From Dehalococcoidia bacterium (lineage in GTDB: Bacteria > Chloroflexota > Dehalococcoidia > Bin125): 64,000 bases of DNA. A program made the translations under genes and the position numbers. Positions 29,347 through 38,773 of the stretch are shown one piece after another (the stretch's first letter is position 1; the number at the start of each line of letters is the position of its first letter). The notes beneath the pieces were generated by a model. That model did not search any database, was not told where the DNA came from, and saw only the letters and a program-made list of their open reading frames with translations. The stretch lies in contig JAJEJC010000001.1 of NCBI GenBank assembly GCA_022828105.1, positions 109,471-173,470 on the forward strand, written 5' to 3'.

Positions 29347-32300
29347 TTACCACGTATCGACGTATGGGCGTTTCTTGCCCGTTCGATGCGGCGTGGGCGG
29401 CAGCCGCTTGATGCCGTTGGTGATCCAAGTGCGGGTCTCGGCCGGATCGATCACATCGTCGAGGCCGCCGCCGGCGGCCGCGTTGACCGCCTTGGCGTTG
29501 TGGTAAGCCCGGTCGACCATCTTCTCGTAGGTCTCGATCCGCTCCTCCGAGTCTTCGATCGCGATCAGTTCTTTGCGATAGCCGAGCTTGACCGAGCCCT
29601 CGATGTTCATACCGGCGAATTCGGCCGTCGGCCAGGCGACCGTGAAGAAGCCGACCAGGGCGCTGGCGCCGCACATCGCCTGGACGCCCAGCCCGTACGC
29701 CTTGCGCACGACGACGCCGAAGAGCGGCACGCTGAGGTTGGCGCCGGTGTTGAACATCCGCGCGCAGTGGCGCACCAGCGCGGTCGCCTCAACGTCGGGG
29801 CCGACCATCATCCCGGGACAGTCCATCAGGCTCAGCACGGGAATGTCGAATGCGTCGCAAAGCTGGAGGAAGCGCGCGCCCTTGTCTGATCCGTCGGAGT
29901 CGATTGCGCCGGCGAGATGGTGCGGGTTGTTGGCGATCACGCCGATTGGGTGTCCTTCGACGCGGATAAATGCGGTAATGATCCCGATCCCGAACTGCTC
30001 GCGGATCTCGAGCACCGAGCCTTCATCGGCGATGGTGTCGATGATCTCGCGCATGTCATAGAGACGCAGCCGATTCTCAGGCACGATGTGCCGCAAGCGG
30101 CGCTGGTCGGGCGCGGTCCAGTCTGCGATTGGACCCTGGAAGTAGCTCAGGTACTTCTTGGCCACCTCGGTCGCTTCGTCTTCGTCCTTGCAGAGGATGT
30201 CGACGACCCCGTTCGGGACCTGGAACGACATCGGCCCGACTTCCTCGGGTGTGTAGATGCCGAGTCCGCCGCCTTCGATCATCGCCGGACCGCCCATGGC
30301 GACGGTTGAGCCCTCGGTGGCGATGATCACGTCGCAGCAGGCGAGCAGCGCGGTGTTGCCGGCGAAACAGCGGCCGTTGGTCACGCCAACCAGCGGCACC
30401 AGACCGGAGAGCTTGGAGAACTGCGTGAAGGTATAAGTGTCGAACGCGACGCCGGGACCGGTGCGGTCATCGCCCGGCCGCCCGCCGCCACCCTCGGTGT
30501 AGAAGACTATCGGGAACTGGAAGCGCCGCGCCATCTCAAACATGCGGTCCTGCTTGTAGTGGTTGCGACCGCCCTGCGTCCCCGCGAGCACGGTGTAGTC
30601 GTAATGCACCACAATCGCCCGCGCCGCCTGCTCGTCGAACAGGTCGCCGTTGATCGTCGCGGTGCCGGCCAGCAGGCCGTCGGCGGGCGTGTTCTCGCGA
30701 AGTTGCTCATCAGTGTTGCGCTGATGTTGGCGCGCGACGATCAGCGGCCAGTATTCCTGGAACGAGCCGGGATCGACGAGCTGCTCGATGTTCTCGCGCG
30801 GCATCCGGAAGCCCCGCGCGAGCCGTTTGGACACCGCCTCGGGTCGGTGCTCGTCCAGCGTGTAGGCGTGGCGTTCGTAACTCTCCTGCAGGTCGGGACG
30901 GATGAAGTCGGGATCGATCAGTTCACCGCCGCCGATCGCTTCGACCGAGACCTCCGCTTCGAGGATGAAGACGAGCGGGAATCCCTCGCGGATCACGTCT
31001 CCGACCGAGCAGGCGACGCCTTTGATCACGCCGTCGCGATCGGCCTGGATCACATGCTCCATCTTCATCGCTTCCATCGCGACGAGATCCTGACCCTGCC
31101 GCACCTCCTGGCCTTCTTCGACCATGATCGAAACAATCGTGCCCTGAATCGGCGCCGGCAGACCGATCGAACCCTCGGGTCCGGTGAGATCAGGAGCGTC
31201 CTCTGCGATGTCCTGGGTTGACTGCTCTTGCTTGACTCGCTGGTCGTGCTCGAACAGCGCCAGCGGATCGCGAGAGTCGACCCGCGCGCCGGCGAAGCCG
31301 GAGTCGGCCGCAGGCGCATCGGTTCTCAGGTAGCGGACGCGGTCGGTCCCGTTGGTGGCTGCCAGCTCCGACATCTGCTCATCGACCCAGCGCGTGTGCA
31401 CGCGGCCGCTGGCCAGATCATCATGACGGAGCACGTTGCCGAGGAAGGGAATGTTGGTCGCGACGCCCTCGATTCGGAACTCAGACAATGCCCGAAGCGA
31501 GCGGGTCACGGCGTCGGCAAAGTCTGGCGTGGTCGAGTGCGCGATCACCTTGGCCAGCAGCGAGTCGAACGCGGTCGAGGTCTGGTAGCCCACATAGCCA
31601 AACCCGTCGGTGCGGACGCCCGGGCCGGACGGGGCTTCGTACGCCTTGAGCACTCCTGCGGCAGGGCGGACCTCGCCGTCGGCGGTCAGCGTCTCCATGT
31701 TGACGCGCGTCTGAATCGCGAACCCGCGCGGCCGGAGCCAGGAGGGATCGTCCAGGCCGAGGTCGGCAATGCTTGCGCTCTGGGCAACTCGCAGTTGCGA
31801 CTGGACCAGGTCGACACCGGTGACCTGCTCGGTCACGGTGTGCTCAACCTGCAGCCGCGCGTTGGCCTCGAGGAAGTAGAAGCGGTCGTCCGAACCATCC
31901 GATGCGTCAAGCAGAAACTCGAACGTGCCCAGCGACAAGTAGCCGACGTCGCGGGCGATCTGCACCGCCGCGTCGACGATGTCGTCGCGCGTTTCTTGTT
32001 CCAGGTGCGGCGCCGGTGCAATCTCGACGATCTTTTGGAATCGCCGCTGGACCGAGCACTCGCGTTCCCAGAGATGGGCGACGCCGCCGTGTAGATCGCC
32101 GATGATCTGCACTTCGATGTGCCGCGCTCGGGGGATGAGCTGCTCGACGTACAGTGCGCCGGAACCAAACGCCATCTGCGCCTCGGATTCGCAGCGCTGC
32201 CAGGCCGATTCGAGTTCATCGAATTGGTGCACCGCCCGCGAGCCGCGACCGCCGCCACCGGCGACCGCTTTGATCATCAATGCTGCGCTGTCGCCGAGCG

Positions 32301-32757
32301 ATTCGAAAAATTCCGCCGCTTCGCTCAGACTGACCGACTTGTCCGACCCTTCGATCACGGCCACGCCCGCCTCGCGGGCCGCCTGTCGCGCCCTGACCTT
32401 GTCGCCGAACAGATCGAGCAGGTGCGGCGTCGGGCCGACGAATGTGATGCCCGCGTCGCGGCAGGCGCGGGCGAAGTCGGCCGACTCGGCCAGGAATCCG
32501 TAGCCGGGATGGACGGCGTCGCAACCGGCCGATTGCGCCGCGGCGATCAGCCCGTCGATGTCGAGGTACGCGGGCACGCCGAGTCCGTCGAGCGCGACCG
32601 CTTCATCCGCCGCGTGGACGTGCAGCGAGCGGTCGTCGTCCTGCGAGTAGACCGCAACCGTGCCGATACCGAGGTCGGACGCCGCGCGAGCGACGCGAAT
32701 GGCGATCTCGCCACGATTGGCGATCAACAGCTTGGACACGGCTCTACTCGGCGGCAT
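29347..32757 (-). CDS. single-chain acyl-CoA carboxylase (biotin carboxylase + BCCP + carboxyltransferase fused, 1136 aa)
   Basis: N-terminal BC (LLIANRGEIAIRVARAA...ATP-grasp), central biotinyl domain (EAMKMEH) and a C-terminal AccD/PccB-like carboxyltransferase (GGGGRPGDD...MGGPAMIEGGGLG...MDCPGMMVGPDVE). Confidence 0.9.
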   Translation of the reverse strand: MPPSRAVSKLLIANRGEIAIRVARAASDLGIGTVAVYSQDDDRSLHVHAADEAVALDGLGVPAYLDIDGLIAAAQSAGCDAVHPGYGFLAESADFARACRDAGITFVGPTPHLLDLFGDKVRARQAAREAGVAVIEGSDKSVSLSEAAEFFESLGDSAALMIKAVAGGGGRGSRAVHQFDELESAWQRCESEAQMAFGSGALYVEQLIPRARHIEVQIIGDLHGGVAHLWERECSVQRRFQKIVEIAPAPHLEQETRDDIVDAAVQIARDVGYLSLGTFEFLLDASDGSDDRFYFLEANARLQVEHTVTEQVTGVDLVQSQLRVAQSASIADLGLDDPSWLRPRGFAIQTRVNMETLTADGEVRPAAGVLKAYEAPSGPGVRTDGFGYVGYQTSTAFDSLLAKVIAHSTTPDFADAVTRSLRALSEFRIEGVATNIPFLGNVLRHDDLASGRVHTRWVDEQMSELAATNGTDRVRYLRTDAPAADSGFAGARVDSRDPLALFEHDQRVKQEQSTQDIAEDAPDLTGPEGSIGLPAPIQGTIVSIMVEEGQEVRQGQDLVAMEAMKMEHVIQADRDGVIKGVACSVGDVIREGFPLVFILEAEVSVEAIGGGELIDPDFIRPDLQESYERHAYTLDEHRPEAVSKRLARGFRMPRENIEQLVDPGSFQEYWPLIVARQHQRNTDEQLRENTPADGLLAGTATINGDLFDEQAARAIVVHYDYTVLAGTQGGRNHYKQDRMFEMARRFQFPIVFYTEGGGGRPGDDRTGPGVAFDTYTFTQFSKLSGLVPLVGVTNGRCFAGNTALLACCDVIIATEGSTVAMGGPAMIEGGGLGIYTPEEVGPMSFQVPNGVVDILCKDEDEATEVAKKYLSYFQGPIADWTAPDQRRLRHIVPENRLRLYDMREIIDTIADEGSVLEIREQFGIGIITAFIRVEGHPIGVIANNPHHLAGAIDSDGSDKGARFLQLCDAFDIPVLSLMDCPGMMVGPDVEATALVRHCARMFNTGANLSVPLFGVVVRKAYGLGVQAMCGASALVGFFTVAWPTAEFAGMNIEGSVKLGYRKELIAIEDSEERIETYEKMVDRAYHNAKAVNAAAGGGLDDVIDPAETRTWITNGIKRLPPTPHRTGKKRPYVDTW

Positions 32758-32873
32758 GAGTTCACTCCAGACTCAGAGAGGGAGGGTCGGTCGAATCACG
32801 GCATGTGAAGTCAAGATATCAGCGGGATCGTCAACCGCTCCCGCGCCGACCTGGGCACAGTCGATCCCCTCCG

Positions 32874-35372
32874 TCAGTCAACGGCCACCCTCTCGCCGGC
32901 CCGCACATCGTCCATCGTCCCGCTGATGCCCCGTTCGACCAGCGAGCGGTACTCCGCCTCGGTCATCCCCAACTCCTGGGCAAACACCTCGAACGAGTGT
33001 TGGCCGACGCATGGCGACGGCCTGAGCTGCCGATCTTCCGACCCGCTGAATCGCCACGGCGCGCCCGGCAGCCACGACGGTCCGACCTCGGGATGCTCGA
33101 CCGACTGCACGAATCCGTTGGCCAGGTAGAGCGGGTCGGGCTCCATGAACTGCTCGTACGGCTTCGCCACCCGTGCGGCGTCCATGCCGAGCTCCAGGAG
33201 TCGGCGCTCCACGGAGTCCGCAGGTTGAGACGAGGTCCAACCGCCGATGATCTCGTCAAGCGCCGACTCGTTGCGTTTGCGAGATGCGGCGTCCATGAAT
33301 CGCGGATCAGCCGCCAGTTCGTGCGCCCCCAGTTCGAGACAGAGGGACGTCCACTCGGACTCGCTGCCGACCGCAATCGCGACCCACTCGTCGTCGCCCG
33401 CGCAGGGGAAGACGTTGTGCGGCGCGCGCTCACGGTCGCGATTGCCGAGCGGGACCGGCAAGCGGCCGGTGGCGTCGTACTCGGCGATCGCGTCGCCGAC
33501 GACCACGCCCATCGCCTCAAGCATGGCCACGTCGATCCGTTGTGGTCCGCCGACTCGTTCGCGGCGAGCCAGCGCGGCGATCACGGCCGCGGCCATCGCA
33601 TAGCCGGAGATCGAGTCGGGATACAGGCCGCCCGTATTCATGCCCGGGTCGCCGTCGTAGCCGTGGATCGAGGACAGTCCCGACATCGGTTCGGTCGTCG
33701 CGCCGTTGGCAGGATAGGCGGAGAAGGGTCCGGTCACGCCGTAGCCCGAGATCGAGGCAAGGATCACGTCGGGGCGCCGTGCGGCCAACGCGTCCAGGGT
33801 GATCCCCCAGCCGTCCAGCACGCCGGGCCGGAAATTCTCGCAGACGACATCGAAGTTCGGCATCATGCGCCAAAAGATGTCCTTGCCCTCGTCGGTGTTC
33901 AGATCGAGCGTGATTCCGCGCTTGTTCAGATTGACCGCGTTGTAGACCCCCTGCGTGTTCTCGGGATGTTGCGTCTTCGACTCGTCCAGGACCGCCTTGC
34001 CGACCCAGGGCCGCAGCAGCCGCCAGATGTCGATCCGACGCAGCGCTTCGATCTGCACCACGTCCGCGCCCAGGAATCCCAGCAGCTCCGTGCCAAACGT
34101 CCCGCTCCACGCCTGCGTGAAGGTCAGGATGCGGATGCCGTCGAGCGGACCGTTCGAGGTCGGCGGTGAGCCCCCCACTGCCTTCGGCATCTCCCCCCGC
34201 TTCGCGGGGGGAGAGCGGCGATCCTGGTCCGCTCCCAGCCTTGGCGCCGGCGATCCTTGCGACCAGCTTGGCGGGGAGATCGGATGCAGATCGCCCGACG
34301 CGCGCACCGTCCGCCCCTCGATCTCTGTCTCGACGATGAACCCGCGCGATTGCAACTGTTCGTTTTCGACCAGCTCCGGAATCGTCTGCAGCACCCCGGA
34401 GATGCAGCGCAGCGCGGCCAGTCTGTGGAACAGCGGCCACTTCTGCATCGCCGGCAGCTCGCGAGCCACGCCCGCCACGACGGCGGTCAAGTCCTGCGAG
34501 TAGCGTTGGTTGCGCGCCTGCAACTCCTCGCGCGCGCCCTGGTCGGGCAGATTGAACAGCGCCATCGCCTCGCGCCAGTTGTGCCAGTCGCCGAAGCCAA
34601 AGTTCATCCGCCCGTCGGCGGCGTCCCAGAGCGGTCCCGGCTCGCCGCGAGGCCGGCCGCCGGTCGCGCCGCGCGACCAGCCGCTGCCCTGGTAGATCGC
34701 GCCGATGGTCCAGGGGTAGACGGTGTGCGTCATCGCCTCAATCTCGCGGACATCGACCAGTTCAGGAGCGGCAGACTCGGAGCGACGACGCAAGGCAGCG
34801 GTCGCGGCGACGAACGCGGCGAGTCCGCCCATGTAGCCGAACTGGCGCGAGGGCAGCGAGAGCGGTGGCTCGTCCTGGAGTGCGTTCACGTGCGCCCAGC
34901 CGCAGCGCGCATTCAGCGTCAGGCTGCTGCCCGGCGCATTCGCCATCGGACCTTCCAGTCCATAGGGCGTGACCGAGAGATGAACCGCGTCGGGCCGCAT
35001 CGCCGTAAGCGGCCAATCCGAGAGCGCGCTCGGGCCATCGGTCGTCACCACCACATCGGCCGCGGCGATCCACGGCTCGGACTCTGCCTCGTCGGCGATT
35101 ACGACCGAGCGCTTGCCCCAGTTGACGTAGGCGTGCAGCGCCGAGCGCTCGACGCCGGCTTGGTCGTCGAGGAAGGGCGCTTCATGCCGGAGCGGATGAC
35201 CCTCGGGCGGCTCCAACATCACCACCTCTGCGCCGTGGTCGGCGAACAGCCGAGCCGCGAACGCTCCCGACATCCGCCGCGACAGGTCAACCACCAGCAG
35301 GCCGTCGTAAGCGGGAACAAGCTCCTCGGTCATTGCGTCGCTCACCCAATGCTCAGTGTGATTCAGCATCAC
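32874..35372 (-). CDS. tandem-fused family III (CaiB/BaiF) CoA-transferase, two complete domains in one 832-aa ORF
   Basis: Domain 1 (LVVDLSRRMSGAFAARLFADHGAEVVMLEPPEG) and domain 2 (IRILTFTQAWSGTFGTELLGFLGADVVQIE) are each about 400 aa. The linker contains a repeat-element copy in frame. Confidence 0.82.
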   Translation of the reverse strand: MMLNHTEHWVSDAMTEELVPAYDGLLVVDLSRRMSGAFAARLFADHGAEVVMLEPPEGHPLRHEAPFLDDQAGVERSALHAYVNWGKRSVVIADEAESEPWIAAADVVVTTDGPSALSDWPLTAMRPDAVHLSVTPYGLEGPMANAPGSSLTLNARCGWAHVNALQDEPPLSLPSRQFGYMGGLAAFVAATAALRRRSESAAPELVDVREIEAMTHTVYPWTIGAIYQGSGWSRGATGGRPRGEPGPLWDAADGRMNFGFGDWHNWREAMALFNLPDQGAREELQARNQRYSQDLTAVVAGVARELPAMQKWPLFHRLAALRCISGVLQTIPELVENEQLQSRGFIVETEIEGRTVRASGDLHPISPPSWSQGSPAPRLGADQDRRSPPAKRGEMPKAVGGSPPTSNGPLDGIRILTFTQAWSGTFGTELLGFLGADVVQIEALRRIDIWRLLRPWVGKAVLDESKTQHPENTQGVYNAVNLNKRGITLDLNTDEGKDIFWRMMPNFDVVCENFRPGVLDGWGITLDALAARRPDVILASISGYGVTGPFSAYPANGATTEPMSGLSSIHGYDGDPGMNTGGLYPDSISGYAMAAAVIAALARRERVGGPQRIDVAMLEAMGVVVGDAIAEYDATGRLPVPLGNRDRERAPHNVFPCAGDDEWVAIAVGSESEWTSLCLELGAHELAADPRFMDAASRKRNESALDEIIGGWTSSQPADSVERRLLELGMDAARVAKPYEQFMEPDPLYLANGFVQSVEHPEVGPSWLPGAPWRFSGSEDRQLRPSPCVGQHSFEVFAQELGMTEAEYRSLVERGISGTMDDVRAGERVAVD
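34158..34205 (+). repeat. REP/MITE-like element copy inside the CoA-transferase inter-domain linker (GAGCCCCCCACTGCCTTCGGCATCTCCCCCCGCTTCGCGGGGGGAGAG)
   Basis: Translated in frame as ...SPPAKRGEMPKAVGGSPP... between the two CoA-transferase domains. Confidence 0.8.
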
Positions 35373-35428
35373 GTTATCCGATGCTGCCGAGTTCCTGACC
35401 TATCCTCAGCCGACAGCAGGAGGACGAC

Positions 35429-36958
35429 ATGGCGAGTTACGACGACATCATCATCGGTGCGGGTTCGGCGGGTGCGGTGATTGCGGCTCGGTTGTCGGAG
35501 GACCCGAACCGGCGTGTGCTGTTGTTGGAGGCGGGACCGGATTACACGCGGGTCGAGGACATGCCGCGCGACCTGCTCAAGCCGTGGGTATCGTGGCGCG
35601 ACCACGACTGGGGCTTCCAGGCCAACGCCCGCCACGGCCGCGAGTTCCCCCTGCATCGCGGCAAGGTGATGGGCGGCTCATCGGCCGTCAACGGGACCAT
35701 CGCCTTGCGCGGCGTTCCCGGCGATTTCGAGTCGTGGGTCGCGATGGGCTGCGACGAGTGGGGCTTCGAAGACGTCCTGCCCTACTACCGGCGTCTTGAG
35801 TCCGATCCCGAAGGCGGCGACTTCCACGGTCGGTCGGGGCCTGTGCCGATCGAGCGCGAGCCGGAAGAGAACTGGCAGCCGTTGCAGCGGGCCTTCTACG
35901 ACGCCTGCCGCGACAACGGATTCGACGATGTCTGGGACCACAATTTGCCCGACGCGACCGGCGTCGGGCCCTGGCCGCGCAACCGCAGCAACGGCAACCG
36001 CATGTCGACCAACATCGCCTACCTGCTCGGCATCCGCGACCGCCCCAACCTCACCATCCGCCACGGCGTGCTGGTCGACCGGCTGAGCTTCGACGCCGAG
36101 TCCGGCGCGCGCGTCAACGGCGTCGTGCGGGCCGACGGCGAAGTCATTCACGCCGATCGCGTCTGCGTCTCGGCCGGCGCGGCGGTGTCGCCGGCGATCC
36201 TGCTGCGCAGCGGGATCGGACCCGCCGAAAAGCTTGGCCCGCACGGGATCGCACAGCGGGCGGCGCTGCCCGGCGTCGGCGAGAACCTGATCGACCACTT
36301 TGGCACCGGGGTGCAGGCGTTTCCCAGGCCGGAGGTCGTTCACGATCCCGACGTCGTCACCGAGATCGGCGTGCGCTACACCGCGCCCGGCTCGGACCAG
36401 TTCAACGACATGCAGCTCGCGATCTCGACGATCTGGGACGAGGAGCAGGTGCGCGGTCTGACCGAGGCGCCGCGCCGGCATCCATCGTTCGGGATCGGCG
36501 CGGTGATCCAGCGCCCGAACTCGCGAGGATCGGTGACGCTGCGCTCGACCGACCCGTCCGACCAGCCGCAGCTCGACATGAACTACGCCTCGCATCCCGA
36601 AGACCTGCGCCGGCTGATGGACGGTTTGCGGCTGTCCTGGGAGATCATGCACTCGGACGCGATCATGCCGTTCGTCGAGCGCGTGATCGCGCCGCGGCCC
36701 GAGGTGATCGAGTCCGACAACGCCCTGGCCGACTACATCCTCCGCACCACGTCCACCACGTGGCACATCTGCGGCTCGGCCCGCATGGGCCAACCGACCG
36801 ACCCGCTGGCCGTCACCGATCAGCGAGGCCGCGTCCATCAGGTCGACAACCTCAGGGTCGCCGACACCTCAATCATGCCCAACATCGTGAGCTGCAATAC
36901 CAACCTGACCGCAATCATGATCGGCGAGCGGGTGGCGGAGTCGATGCAGAGCGACTGA
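35429..36958 (+). CDS. GMC-family FAD-dependent oxidoreductase
   Basis: DIIIGAGSAGAVIAARLSEDPNRRVLLLEAGP is the Rossmann motif, and C-terminal GMC signatures are present (HICGSARMG, NLRVADTSIMP). Confidence 0.9.
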   Translation: MASYDDIIIGAGSAGAVIAARLSEDPNRRVLLLEAGPDYTRVEDMPRDLLKPWVSWRDHDWGFQANARHGREFPLHRGKVMGGSSAVNGTIALRGVPGDFESWVAMGCDEWGFEDVLPYYRRLESDPEGGDFHGRSGPVPIEREPEENWQPLQRAFYDACRDNGFDDVWDHNLPDATGVGPWPRNRSNGNRMSTNIAYLLGIRDRPNLTIRHGVLVDRLSFDAESGARVNGVVRADGEVIHADRVCVSAGAAVSPAILLRSGIGPAEKLGPHGIAQRAALPGVGENLIDHFGTGVQAFPRPEVVHDPDVVTEIGVRYTAPGSDQFNDMQLAISTIWDEEQVRGLTEAPRRHPSFGIGAVIQRPNSRGSVTLRSTDPSDQPQLDMNYASHPEDLRRLMDGLRLSWEIMHSDAIMPFVERVIAPRPEVIESDNALADYILRTTSTTWHICGSARMGQPTDPLAVTDQRGRVHQVDNLRVADTSIMPNIVSCNTNLTAIMIGERVAESMQSD

Positions 36959-36972
36959 TCTCAATCGGTCCC

Positions 36973-36995
36973 AGCCCCCCGCCTACGCGGGGGCG
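36973..36995 (+). repeat. minimal hairpin related to the family (GCCCCCCGC-CTAC-GCGGGGGC) between convergent GMC and MFS genes
   Basis: Seen directly; it could act as a bidirectional terminator. Confidence 0.5.
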
Positions 36996-37024
36996 ACTCA
37001 TTCATAAGTTCTCGCGCGAATCTC

Positions 37025-38707
37025 TTATGGCACGCCCGACTTCTGCGGCCTCGCCGATGCCAACGACCTGACATGCGGGGCGAACGCCCTTGCGCCATTC
37101 GGCGAGGAGCCGTTGGCTGAGAGTGCCGGCTGTGGAGATGCCTCGGGACCGCCCAGCGACGTGGCCTGCTCGAGGCGTTGACGGCGGGGGACCAGGATCC
37201 AGCCGACGACGCCCGCGACCACGGCGAAGCTGATCCCGAAGAAGAAGGTGCGCTTGATCGACTGCACGAACGAGTCGGTCAGGGTCGCCTGCACGTCTGC
37301 GGCGATGCCGGGATCGAGTCCCGGCAGCAGGTGATAGGCCGCGCCGATGCCCGAGGCCATCGTGTCGATGTCGGCGGTGGAGAGCGGCAGACCGCTGAGG
37401 CCGTCGCGGACGCCGGAGGCGTACATCACGGCGGCGAAACTGCCGAGGATGGCGATCGACATCGTGCCGCCCAACTCCTGGCCGGTCGTGGTCACCGCCG
37501 ACGCTTTGCCGGCCATGTCGACCGGCACGGCGGCCATCGAGGTATCGGTCGTGGCCGGCATATGCAGAGAGCCTCCGATGCCAAGCCAGGCGAGCGCCAG
37601 TCCGACCATCCAGTAGGGCGTGTCGACCGCCAGCACCAGGGCCAGGATCAGCAGGCAACCGCCGCCGTGCATGGTCGGCGCCCAGAAGAGCAGGAATCGC
37701 GGACCGACCCTGGGCAGGATGAACCCGGCGATCGGCGCGCAGACGATCATCACGACGGCCAGCGGCATCACGCGCAGGCCGCTCTCGGCGGCCGAGACGC
37801 CCTGCACAAGTTGGAAGAACTGGGGCAGATAGAACAACACCCCCATCAACGCGAACATGATGAAGAACATGCCGACCATTGCGCCGACGAAGTCGCGTTG
37901 CTTGAAGAATCCAAGCGGCATCAGCGGCTGCTCGGTGCGCCGCTCGATCAGGATGAACGCCGAAAGCGAGAGCACGGCCACCGTGATCGTGGCGAGGATC
38001 ACCGGGTCGTCCCAACCGCGCGGGATGCCTTCGATGATCGAAAAGACCAGCGCCAGCATGCCGACCGTGCCGGTCAGCGCGCCGGGCACATCGAGTCGGG
38101 TGTGCAACACGGACTTGGTCGAGGGCACGATGGTCAAGGCGACCAGCGCCAGCGCCGACAGCGGGGCGGGCACCCAGAAGACGGCCGACCAGTCGATCTG
38201 ATCGACCAGCGTCCCGCCCAGGAACGGGCCCAGGGCCATGCCGATACCCATTGCCCCGGCCCAGATACCGAACGCCTTGCTGCGCTCCCGGCGCGGGAAC
38301 ACCGCGGTCAGCGTGGACAGCGTCTGAGGTAGCACGAGCGCGCCGCCGATTCCCTGCAATCCGCGGCCGATGATCAGGAAGTTGGCGTCGGGCGAGAAGG
38401 CTACGCCGATCGATGCGATGGTGAACACGGTGAGACCGATGCCGAGGATCCGGCGGCGGCCGAAGCGGTCGCCCAGCGCGCCGGCCAGCAGCAGCAGGCC
38501 GCCGAACAGCACCAGGTAGACGTCGACGACCCAGAGCGACTGCGACTCGGACATCTCGAAGACGCGCTTGATCGTCGGCAGCGCCGTGTTCACGATCGTC
38601 GCGTCGAGCGAGACGATGGTCTGCGATCCGGCAAGGATTGCCAACACGACCCAGCGCCGTCGCGGGCTGACGTCGACGGAGGCGACGATGCCGTCGGCGG
38701 CACTCAC
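37025..38707 (-). CDS. MFS transporter, DHA2 (14-TM) family
   Basis: LDATIVNTALPTIKRVFEMSESQSLWVVDVYLVLFGGLLLLAGALGDRFGRRR. Confidence 0.88.
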   Translation of the reverse strand: MSAADGIVASVDVSPRRRWVVLAILAGSQTIVSLDATIVNTALPTIKRVFEMSESQSLWVVDVYLVLFGGLLLLAGALGDRFGRRRILGIGLTVFTIASIGVAFSPDANFLIIGRGLQGIGGALVLPQTLSTLTAVFPRRERSKAFGIWAGAMGIGMALGPFLGGTLVDQIDWSAVFWVPAPLSALALVALTIVPSTKSVLHTRLDVPGALTGTVGMLALVFSIIEGIPRGWDDPVILATITVAVLSLSAFILIERRTEQPLMPLGFFKQRDFVGAMVGMFFIMFALMGVLFYLPQFFQLVQGVSAAESGLRVMPLAVVMIVCAPIAGFILPRVGPRFLLFWAPTMHGGGCLLILALVLAVDTPYWMVGLALAWLGIGGSLHMPATTDTSMAAVPVDMAGKASAVTTTGQELGGTMSIAILGSFAAVMYASGVRDGLSGLPLSTADIDTMASGIGAAYHLLPGLDPGIAADVQATLTDSFVQSIKRTFFFGISFAVVAGVVGWILVPRRQRLEQATSLGGPEASPQPALSANGSSPNGARAFAPHVRSLASARPQKSGVP

Positions 38708-38773
38708 GGCGCGTCCGCTGCGTGGTCGGGGGTCCTGGCAGGCATGCTCATTACGGCAAGGCTACCGAACGCG

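Noticed and set aside
29198-29674. 158-aa minus-strand ORF overlapping tRNA-Asp
   Set aside because: It is Arg/Gly-rich with no homology and overlaps a well-folded tRNA and the 3' end of the acyl-CoA carboxylase gene, so it is spurious.
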